Shown here: positions 53,379 to 64,000 of the stretch, piece after piece
Numbering within the stretch: position 1 is the stretch's first letter
Layout of the letters: the number at the start of each line of letters is the position of its first letter
NCBI GenBank assembly: GCA_024704765.1
Contig: JAKMXF010000077.1
Span: 263,220-327,219 of the forward strand
Length of the DNA stretch: 64,000 nt
From: Oopsacas minuta
Lineage: Eukaryota > Animalia > Porifera
Direction of reading: 5' to 3'
Program-made: the position numbers and the translations under genes
The notes under the pieces: generated by a model
The model's input: only the letters and a program-made list of their open reading frames with translations
The model's database searches: none
What the model was told of the DNA's origin: nothing

Positions 53379-54516
53379 CTATAGAAAAAGAATAAGATAT
53401 ATATATTTTATGTTGCAGTGAAAATACCAAAATTAATGTGTGCATTCGATTTTAAACTATTTCAGAATCTAGAAATATGAAATTATTAGTTATTAATGAA
53501 CTTATAAAATGTCTAACCAAAGTCTCGAACTTAGGCCAAAACTTGATATTTGATAACCTGAAAACCAGAAATATTTATCCTCAAATGACTTTGCGATATT
53601 TTAGCATTCCTGGATTATCGGTAATTCAATGACATTTATCAGTATCCATATGCATTATGTGATTAATTTAACTCGTTTGCAAAACAAAACAAAAGTTTAA
53701 TTTTCATTCTCAAGCATTTTTAGGCGTCAATTTTATTCATATTTCAGCTCCTGACCTACTTTTAGGCCTGGATCTTACAATACAAATATTTGCGAGTTGA
53801 ATAGTTGAGGAATATCCTTCTAAATTTCATTCTCAATAATTTCTATGCCGCTGACATATACTTTCTTGAAATTGAGTGTATAGGGCACACCGAATCGGAT
53901 GAAATGTATTCAGAGAATTTGTTTTTCGTTATGACATTTTACAATAACTGTATTTCTAATTCATTAGTATCATTTTATGAAGTAGCAATGCAGAATTGAA
54001 TTCGGTATACGCATTTATTCGAATTTATAAATAAATAGGGCTGTTATTCATCACTCAAAAATTTGGAACACATTTATTCTTGAACCATAATTATGAATTA
54101 AATGAAAATACCACAGATACGTCATAGTCCTATTTCAGAAGTGCAACAGAAATTCGGTGCCATTTTTGAAATCCACGGAGTTGATTTACTATTTATGACA
54201 AGATTTTAACATATATCCTCAGTATAAGTACCTATTAGTCCCTAATCGTCATTTTGGCACTCTGTGATCAGGAAGCGTAATCAGGTTTATCATGTGCAGT
54301 TTTGGTATAATATGTTTTCTCATCTTTAAGTGTTCGTAATCCGGACATGCATCTAATGGAGATTATTCATAATTTAATATATTTACTGAACAAAATATAT
54401 TCGATTCTTTCGGAAACTAGGCAAAAGAAGATATATGAAAATGTTATTAGATCAGTCGACTTCGCGTAATTGGGGCGGTTTCGTTTCATGTGCCAAATTT
54501 TTCCGTGATCTTACTA

Positions 54517-54701
54517 CAGTAGAACTCGGATAAGACGTACTCGGCTTAAGACGTACACTCGGTTAAGACGTACTATTTCTTATATCCCAAAATATCAGTC
54601 ATCACTATTTGTAATGCAAATATATTCGGATAAGACGTACACTCGGTTAAGACGTACTAATTTCTGTTTCCCGAGGGGGACGTCTTATTCGAGTTCTACT
54701 G
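54517..54701. mobile_element. pogo/Tigger-type MITE, 185 bp
   Basis: CAGTAGAACTCGGATAAGACG / CGTCTTATTCGAGTTCTACTG with TA TSD; five (C/T)TCGG.TAAGACGTAC repeats. Confidence 0.9.
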
Positions 54702-55089
54702 TATAACATTATTAACATTTTTAGACCAAGTGCGTCTAATCCGCAAAGTGGCAATTTTTCAAATGTTTCTGAGGTCACAACAATTCTTGATTACGTGCAC
54801 TAGATAGCATTTTTTAAGTAATTATCTTTCGAATGGTGAGAGCGCCTCATTGAGATCCTGGTTATAAATATATGAGCTACCATAAATTCTATAATAAAAT
54901 ATATTAGTTATCAAAATTACACGCGGTCATTGCGGACAAGAAAACAAAATATGATATTTCGATACCTACAAACTTTTGTGGTGGACAACGCAAAAATCAT
55001 TGATGGATGTAACAACATTTTATATTCTAAATATTTGTTCTGAACCGATCAAGTTTCACATTGATCGATATCGCTTTGGCACCTGTGTC

Positions 55090-55930
55090 TATTTATAGAC
55101 ATATCGACCCTAGATAGTCTACTTTGGAAGGATTATATGACAACGTCCTGTGCCACTTCTTTTTGTTTTCTAATCTTTTGCAATTTTTTTACAGAAACAT
55201 GATTTATGATGAATATGATTGCAAATGTATATGATATTTTGCCATGTCAAAAATGCTTTGATAATCTCAACGAAAATACTTGGTAAATACGTTGATCTAT
55301 ATCAAAAGATACTTTATGCATTTTGGATTATATTTGTCACAAATAGAGACTGTGAATCATGTTCTGTAAGAAATATGCAAAAGGGAAGAGAATGAGGAGG
55401 TCGCAGTGGAATTTGTAGTAAATCGTGTTAAAGTAGACTATCGAAAGTCGATATGTTTATAGACTCTGCTAGCCATGCAGCACCGAGCAAAGGGGTTACT
55501 TGATAAGGTTAGAACAAATTTTGAGATTATAGTGCTGTCACATTTCTGGAAGATCGCTAGTATGTATTCAAACATAAGAAATAATTATTGAAGTAAAACG
55601 AAGCTGTTATCTTCTACAATGATATTTTCTTGAACAAGGGTTAGAAAGAACAAACATTGGTGATTGTGCCGACAAAAATGAAGTAGATGCTAAAAGATGA
55701 CTTAAATAAAATATATTTCCTCATTTTGCAATTAGCTATAGTATTGTCATCAATTAGAAATATTTATGTAGTAATAAGTATTGCTGAGACAGCTTTTCGG
55801 TTAATCAGAAAATCCATATATTCGGAGCAATTTACTCTCGACAAAAGTTGTCAGATTAAACGAAGGCGACTGTAGTATAATTTGTAAAGAAATTTTAGCT
55901 TTGGCTGAATTTCCTGCCAGGGGAAAACTA
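55090..55930 (+). pseudogene. Decayed ZMYM1-like hAT C-terminal relic inside the PTP intron
   Basis: SIAETAF, YIRS, SIICKEIL...AEFPARGK resemble the hAT dimerisation-domain pattern SAERSFS...YLRS...LSIEKE...FA.K. Confidence 0.35.
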
Positions 55931-56009
55931 ATACAGGTACATAAACACACTATATATTGAAGAAATACTATATTTTGATGTGAATCAAGCTTAGAGAAAC
56001 AAGACATAC

Positions 56010-56145
56010 CTGATCTTGAAAGGATCCTGGTTTGCAATAGCGTAAAAGCATTGCAGTTTGGAATATGTCAATTGAATTATTGATTCGAACTCTTTCATAG
56101 GCAATACAACTGGTAACAAATATAGCAGACTTCTGTACAGAATCA
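56010..56145 (-). CDS. PTP-domain gene, penultimate exon ((S)DSVQKSAIFVTSCIAYERVRINNSIDIFQTAMLLRYCKPGSFQDQ)
   Basis: Acceptor ttttcag; donor GTATGT; 136 nt (phase 2 in, phase 0 out). Matches the PTP post-P-loop pattern ...vDvFqtvk.LR..kP. Confidence 0.88.
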
Positions 56146-58785
56146 CTGAAAACAAAGAAATACAGATTAATGAAAGGGTTGGCAATACTAAAAATTATGC
56201 AGGGACGTAGACTCAGGATGTGTATTGGTAAGGCTCATTGAGCAGGATAACAGGGTTGGTAGGGACATACTCTAATCTTTCTATTACTCTCTATGGGGTG
56301 AGTAGAATTATTGGTAGGCCAAAGCCTCACCAACGGGACCGGAACCTGCGCCAATGTTAGGACAGTAATTTTATATACATATAATTAGGAGTTAACGAAA
56401 TCGCTGATAACAAAACTTTTTCATGCCTGAATTGCAACCAAAATATATGGATATTACGATTTTGTCGCATTTTATTCTGTGTACTGAAGAGAGGGTTTCT
56501 ATATATACAGGAACGCTTAGGAATATTACTCTAATTAGTGAATAATTGGCTTTGAATTGATCTAAGTATACACTACACACCAACAACTTCCCTTGTTTTG
56601 AATCATAAAGATGTCCTCTGACAAAAATGTAAAACGCATTTAAATATAGTAATTATGTAGAGTATATTTGGTAAGAAATATATTTCAGCTGCACATTAGA
56701 TCCACATGAACATGCATGCGTGGGGGGGTTTATTATCATTATCTCATTATTTTGTGAGGTATCAGGTTGAAAATTGGTTAATTGACTTCATTCAATAAAA
56801 AATATTATAATTACTAAAGTCAAATTTGAAATGAGAATAGGATAGAAAATGATAAAACTATTTTGATTGTACCCTAGCCAGTTTATACACCCTGTAGTTG
56901 AAATACATTGAGTATATGGTGAAATAATTGTAATAATGACAACAATGACAAAATTTGTGCTGTAGCCAAATCAGATGTGAGCTGTGGAGGTGAAACTTGT
57001 TTCCAACTAACAGTGGCCAAATAAGTAATTATATGAAAACCTATAAAAATGCAAAATTTAAACAAGTGAACTGCAATATATATCAATTGGTTGATAACCC
57101 CAGTCGCGCCCTTGTAAAATAGCTTTAATCCATGAGATTATACATAGCTATAATTTAAACAACTAAGTTCCATGCACCATGGAAATGGCGGAAACACATT
57201 CTATGTTTCTGAGGTAAATTAGCAAAAAATTTATTTCTGAACCACAATAAAATCCTGAAGAAATTTGATAGAAATTTCTTAACAATAAACCACCGAAAGA
57301 GCTTCGTTTTGCTAATCCATACATCGAATCTATGTACAATGAAATATTAAGTGATAGATCAAGAACTAGATATGAATCTTAAGAAATCCCAAAATTTCCT
57401 GATTGTTGAAATATATATTGCTAATTTACATAGAAGAATTTCTCATTCCTTTAGAACCGAATCACTCAAATGCCTAACTTCTGACTTCACTCAGTTCATT
57501 TGTTTAGAATATGAAGAATACAATTAAAATATAAATATTACAATACACTCGTATGTGAAAAATGCCGTATTCCCACCTAATTGTCTACTGTGCTAGTCTT
57601 AATTAAGAATACGCATAGAACGATAACTTGAAGATATTTGGAAGAATCGAGATTCAGAAAATTATCGATCAGATTTCGATCACGATCCTCATCCGAATCT
57701 CAAAAGGATCTAGATCCGGATTGTGCGATATTTGATCCAAAGATCATAATACCTCTTTCTGAATTTTATAGCAAGAAAATAGTTAAATTTTCAATTCTGA
57801 GTAAGATGTTGATTAATTATTTGGATAGTAATACAAGGATGGCGAAAAGTACAAAAGGTTTGTTCATTAAGATTTCAATCCTTCCTTGAAGTTAAACTTC
57901 ACCTCCAGGTCAATTACTAACTATATCTAGAGAAGAAAGCGTTAATCTTTGTCTGTAAGCGTATAGAGTACTCGCTATTTAACCGCATATGCTTAAATGG
58001 GGTATTAATGTTGAGGATCTTCCAAAATTACATTTTATATCAACAAATTTGAAGTGTTGCTTTAAAGTGTCGAGGTAATTTGATGCAAGACCGAGTCCAA
58101 TGCGAACACGAACCACTTGTATGCCCACATCGGGCTCTTGTCCATAAAATTGTGATATATTATATTTTAGGGGCATCGAAAACTTGCAAGCGCTCGAGGA
58201 TCCAAATTTTAGCGGTCCGCCGCTTTACCACTTTTCGGCTAATTGTCTGGGAACTTCGAGTGTCCGAGGCAGAGCGCCTTGCTACCCTACACTAGGCTCT
58301 TCACTATCTATAGGTGCCCTTAATTCTGATCAATATGCAAAAATGAACAAAATAAAAGGAATTAAAGTGATGCCCCATGTGCAGCAGAGTGAACAATAGC
58401 TTACAATTGGATGCCAATGATCCATTTAACCCATCAGTTTACGTTACCCATTTGACAGCTATGCCATAACCCAGCTCTCACTATACTGTGCATATACTCT
58501 TGGGAAATCTACATAGGATAATAATCAATTACAAATTTCCTCTACTTGGCAGATGCTCAGAGATAGTTCCTCAGGTATTCCTACATGATAGTGTTTGAAA
58601 CATTATTGACAGATGCAAATCAATTTGCCAAATATTCCAACATAATGAGCTGACCATTGCGTTCATCATGGGATTATTATGTATCAAACAATAATTGAAT
58701 ATAGTATAACACCACCATAAACTATGCCTCAATTTTTGCCATGGAAAAATAGCTATTAATAGTGTGCAATAAACAATCGACAGAC

Positions 58786-58931
58786 CTGCAATGTACAAGT
58801 ATTGTGCTCTTTGTTCCCTGAGTAATGGCAACAAGCTCTGATATTAGTACTGCAAAATCTTCAAAATTTCCGGGTGTGTTATCTTTAAGCCAGTCAAAAT
58901 GTACATAGTGATCGACTTCCAAGTATAATTC
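58786..58931 (-). CDS. PTP-domain gene exon (ELYLEVDHYVHFDWLKDNTP...TILVHC)
   Basis: Acceptor tttctag; donor GTCTGT at the phase-2 position VHC-S, conserved in classical PTP genes; 146 nt. Confidence 0.85.
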
Positions 58932-60721
58932 CTAGAAACAAACAGTTATGTATAGTAAGGTCACATTAAGTTACATAGAAAAATGAAACACCAGGGTAGT
59001 AAGATGGGAGAGATATCCTAAATCAAGTATAATAATGCACGAGGACTTTATTGGTCTGTTCGTTAGGAACCATAAAGTATAGGCACGAGGTATGAAGGTA
59101 AATTCGTCTCGGGAGAGGACCGGCCCGACGACCCAGCGATTAAACTCAGTAATTGGATTGTTAGGACCCTTGGAGCTACGGTAACAGGATTGGCAGTGCC
59201 ATTCACACATATTTCTATCAGTCACTATGACCTATGGGGAGAGAAGAATTTTTGGTAGGGCCATAGCATCAACAACCTTAGCGACGGCATAGTCGTGATT
59301 GCAATCTTTAAAAATGTAAATTCATTGATTATCTTTACATGTTTTGTATCAAATTGAGAAGCTGATTCAAAATATGAAGTCCAAAATACTAAAGCACGTC
59401 ACAATCTTGATATATTCATTATCAATTTAAACTGGTAATAATCATTCGATTAAATATTTTATGTTCTTTGTTCGATTAATGTGCGTATTTTGATTTCCTG
59501 GCCAAAATTCACAGATTGGGATAAAGAATATCTCATTGTTAGTATGCGACTCAAATTCCATCTTGTTTCAAATATCTTCTACTTATTGATAATCACTCTC
59601 AAAATATAATTGATATACTGAAGATTCACAATTTCTAACATCTAGTCATATGAGATTGTTGATTGAGAGTGCAAATTGTATTTCAGATTCGGAATCAGCA
59701 CAACACTAAACTGGTTCCAAGAATATCTGTTTATTCTTGATGAGAAAGAAAAGTATAATTTTATGGACCTGTGAAATTTAGTATCTCCTAGGAAACTTAT
59801 GGAAACTTTCAAAAATAATAATCATAGTGAGATCTGCCGCTTACGATTTGACCTCATAGGATTTTGACTGGCAAGTAGCATTTCCAAATCAAATAATATG
59901 AGCAATTTTTCCCTAGCTAAATATTATTGATGTTTGACTTCATAAAATGTATACACATTGAATTGTACTTTTGTTTCCAGATTTTCGACATCAACTTTTA
60001 CATTTAAAATTGACTATATTCATTATGCATAAGACAGTGTGTAGCAATTCGTGGCTCCAGACGAACATTTCTTACTAGAAATCAAAGTGATCGCAACAGA
60101 AAGAAGAATCAGAAAGTGCATGATTTACCTTCAAGAGAATATACTAATCAGCTATATTCCTGAACTGATATTTACATAAATTTGGGAAGTAACTTGAAGT
60201 CGTACAGCGAGGAGACATCGATGAATAAACACCAAGATTGATGAAATGTAAAACAAACATAATTGCAGTGGCATATACAATAATGTCTGATCCTAAGTGA
60301 GTTAATACTTTATCAGAGACCTTTCTAAAAATAAATGATACATTATGAATTTCTATTGAGTTTTTCTCATCACATCCCAAATTTTGGCACATTTGCCGAC
60401 TGTCAAGGCTTTAAATGAGGCTTAGCCATTTCAGATGTTTAGCAGAATGTCAAGACAAAGATTGGAAGCACCTATGGTCCTGTAAAGTAAATTCTTCTTT
60501 CTTATATATAGTATTGTATCAACTAAGGACGGACACAGCATGTATTAAATAGTTTAAGGTCTCTCATACTAAATTATTCTAGTTAAAATCGTTGCTGATG
60601 TTATTTATTCACAATACCAGTATAGCGTCTTTAATGCATTTTTGTTCATCATCTTAGAATATATATCATACTGATAAAATTATGTGATCAGCGCGGTACT
60701 TAGTAATTTGGATAGTTAGTA

Positions 60722-63349
60722 CGAAGGGCACTTGAAAAGTTTTGGCGTTGATCGACAAATCAGATAGTAATAATAAAATTGACTATTGCATTTTTCAAAA
60801 TACTCTCCCTGACAATCTATTACATTTTTTCATTCTGGTAAACCAATTATCAAACATTTTTTCCACTCTTCTTTGGGTATGTCTCCGATCGCTTGGAAAA
60901 GTGCCCCTCTCAACTCCTCATTAGTCGAAAATCTCCTCCCACGTAATTGGTCTTTGAGTCTAGGGAACAACCAGAAGTCCCAAGGGGCTAAATCAAGACT
61001 GTAGGGTGGGTGAGGTAATGTTTTGAGTCCAGAATTTTCCAAAAACTCACGAGTTCTGATTGCCGTATGCGATGATGCATTATCATGATGAAGAAGAATT
61101 CCTCTAATGCCTGTTTTCTCCCGCTGTGATGACTTTGGGTAGGCACACTGTAGTGTACCAGTCGGCAGTAACAGTCTTTCTATCCTCGAGAGCAACAGCT
61201 TCGACAAACCCACTAGATCTGTAAAGAATCGCCCATATTTGTTTCCCAACAGATCTAGCCCTCCGCACTTTGGTTAGAGGTGGGGCATCTTCTTTAACCC
61301 ACTCCTTTGACATTCGCTTTGTTTCCGGATCATAATGGTATATCCATGTCTCATCACCTGTAAGGATCCCAGAAACAGGACTTGAACTTCCATTTGCAAA
61401 TCTTTTGAGCATAATTTTGCAAAAGTCTATACGGGATATTTTTTGCTGTAAGTTCAAAGAAGGGGATCCATTGGGCACACAACTTCCTGACACAAAGCTC
61501 TTTGCGCAAAATGATATTAATTGTTCCCGATGATAGCTCGGTTTCATACTCTAACTGAGCGTACGTAATATGAAGATCTTTAGTACTAAGGGCGTTTAAT
61601 AAGTAGTCGTTGTTCCAAATTTTGTAAGTCGGGATATTTCGACCCAGATCAAACTGAATTTTTTAATAACAATCCATCTATTGTGAATTCAATAATGCGA
61701 AGCGTTTTTGATTCTGATGTCTCGTTCTAATATTGTACCTATTTACATTTTGATAGTTTATTATAGTAACATTTTTAATGGCTCCAAAAAGTACAGATTA
61801 CAAAATTGAGCAGAGAGCATATGTGAAGATCAGAACACTGGTCAAAGTTTCACCAACAGATGTCCATAAAGATTTAGAGGAAATTTATAAGGATACAGCA
61901 CTTCCATATTCCACTGTTGTTGATTGGGCTAGACGCTTTCGTGAAGGTAGAGTGTCCATTGAAGATAGGGTAAGAATAGGGAGACCAGTTTCTAGCATCA
62001 GTGACAAAAATATCCTTGAGGTATCCGCGTTCCTTGAAGAAGACCCTCATATCACGCTTGTGGAGATACCTGATGCGGTTGGGATCTCAACGGGAACTGC
62101 TCAAGCTATTGTACATGATAATATGAAATTCAGAAAGATATGTGCTCGATGGGTACCGCACTTACTAACTCAGGCCCAGAAAGCAAAGAGGGTCCAATGC
62201 ACTACTAAATTGCTCTCTGAGTTTGATCGAGCTGACTCCAGAAGGTTATTTGAGATAGTAACAGGTGATGAACTTGGGTACGTTATTCTGAGCCTCTATC
62301 AAAAAAGCAAACAAAGTATGGGTGGCAAAAAGAACAGGACCCAACCAATGATCTCTCGACATGACTTTCGGAATCCGAAGGTTATGTACTGTATAATTTT
62401 TGATTCTAATGGTCCAGTGTGCCAGATTTGTGTCCCCAAAACCAAACAATAACAGGCTCCTTCTACACCAATTAGTGCCTAGCAGAGGTTAAAAATTCTA
62501 CCAAAAATCGACGGCCAAGGACTGGAACTCGTGGATTGCGAATATTGCATGATAACGACCGACCGCACAAGACAAAGCTAGTTAGAGAAAAGTTGGAAGC
62601 TATGAAGATTGTGGAACTAGATCACCCTCCCTACTCGCCAGATCTAGCTCCCTGTGACTTTTGGTTGTTTCTAAAGTTAAAGAAACATCTATCAGGCAGG
62701 AAATTCGAGAGTCGAACTCAGATAGAATCGGCGATTTCCAGTATATGAAAGGTGTACGAACCGAAGACTACAAAAAAGTATTTTTCGATTGGATAAAAGG
62801 CTGAAATTGGTTTACCTGCACGAGGGGAATACTTTGAGAAACTCCATCACCGAATACACAATTATGCTAGAAAAGTTCAGAATTACAGTGTGATAAGGAC
62901 TACTTATTGAACGCCCGTAGTAATTAGATCTAGCATTTCGTTAACATTTTTCTCAGTATGTGAAATATTCGGTCTTCCTGAACGAGGGGCATCTTCAAGG
63001 ACAAAGTTTCCGTGAATAAATTCCCTGTACCATCATTCAACTGTACTTAGAGAAGGAGCTAGATCCAGGAAATGTTCCTGTAAAGATTCATACATTTCCA
63101 CTCTTGTTTTCTGTAGTTTGAATAAGATCAAAATCATTGCTCGAAATCACGTTTTGTGAGATCTGATTTAGATTGAGATATTTTAGATGCCATGTATACT
63201 AAAATTATCTAATCTATGAAAGTAGAAAAGATAAATGAATGAAAGTTTCAAAGTAGACTAACAAAATATGTCTGAAAAGATAGATGCGGAAAAATATCCG
63301 ACAGATTAATGGTTTCATATCAAACGGAAAAACTTTTGAGTGCCCCTCG
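60722..63349 (-). mobile_element. mariner family A copy 2, interrupted by a nested mariner
   Basis: Same TIRs as 9135-10424, with TA flanks; 1291 bp net of the insert; same broken ORFs (147 aa and 139 aa). Confidence 0.93.
61586..62920 (+). mobile_element. mariner (DD34D) nested in family A copy 2
   Basis: TIR CTAAGGGCGTTTAATAAGTAGTC / GACTACTTATTGAACGCCCGTAG. The duplicated TA (61584-85, 62921-22) corresponds to a single TA in copy 1. WVPHLL, TGDE, HDNDRPH-(34 residues)-YSPDLAPCD. Confidence 0.93.
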
Positions 63350-64000
63350 TATTTACATAAACATATTTGCCAACCTGAGTGAAGAAAACAACGATCCATA
63401 ATTCGATTTAGCGGGATATCGCGGGACGAAACATAGTTAGATATGACTGGACTACAAAATGACACTAAAATCATTTCCAGTTCCATATCAAACTTGCAAT
63501 GACTGTCAAACGTGGGCTGCTCTACCTCCTCAGTTGTAACTGCAACGAGAACTTCAAATTACTACTCTTGAAGAACAATGGTATTATTGTGGAATTGATA
63601 CTATATGTAATATGTGCTACACTGTAATTAGATTTCAGCTCCTCCTTGTAATCGTGTGGTAAGTGTTTAAATTTGTCATGCCCGACCACTCAAGAAGGTC
63701 TAAAGAGTGTTTCTCAACGTCCAACATGGTATTCCTCCCTTAGCGACCTCCAGGGTCTTCCATTGCCTCCCTATCTTTGAATCATCATTATACCTTAATT
63801 TTTGTAATAGTATTAATATAATTTTCAGTCAGTCTACCAAACAAACAATTGTCGTCTAATAATTGAGTGATTATCATGCCAATATCGAAGATAAGAATCT
63901 ATTTTCGATTCGTATTATGGAACTTCAATGGGAACCTTGGGCATGATACTCAGAAATTAAATGAGAAAATAGAGCAAAAAAGCTTACAAATGTTGATGCG

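Noticed and set aside
54517-54701. CRISPR-like short repeats (also 17130-18300 and 23060-23160)
   Set aside because: The context is eukaryotic, there are no unique constant-length spacers or cas genes, and the repeats lie inside MITE TIRs or are tandem.
55841-55913. Alternative last PTP exon (PKLKFLYKL...)
   Set aside because: It overlaps a plus-strand hAT relic; the exon at 53307-53378 has a better acceptor and the QY motif.
60075-60480. Candidate upstream PTP exons
   Set aside because: Splice-like sites exist, but every frame contains stops and lacks convincing KNR/YINA/DFW motifs.

Overview
AT-rich eukaryotic (invertebrate) genomic DNA. A flatworm-like host is my inference from composition and element content and cannot be proven here. 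The window is almost entirely a graveyard of nested cut-and-paste DNA transposons, most with intact ends and target-site duplications but frameshifted transposases. Families present: Tc1 DD34E (2 copies plus 1 relic), DD37E, maT DD37D, DD41D rosa/Visitor, mariner DD34D (4 copies), pogo/Tigger and its MITEs, two Buster-type hATs, Merlin, Chapaev3 (2), Kolobok-like, a piggyBac-like relic and a Transib/RAG1-like element. Two host genes are partly visible on the minus strand: one exon of a TCTE1/DRC5 homolog (11987-12339) and the last three exons of a protein tyrosine phosphatase-domain gene with a degenerate active site (58931 to 53307). The most notable object is the 2.9-kb element at 37644-40567. 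It has perfect RSS heptamers (CACAGTG) at both ends, a second conserved block placed asymmetrically (14 vs 23 nt from the heptamer), and a single transposase with a segment resembling the RAG1 nonamer-binding domain, with no room for a RAG2-like gene. All alignments and counts were done by eye.
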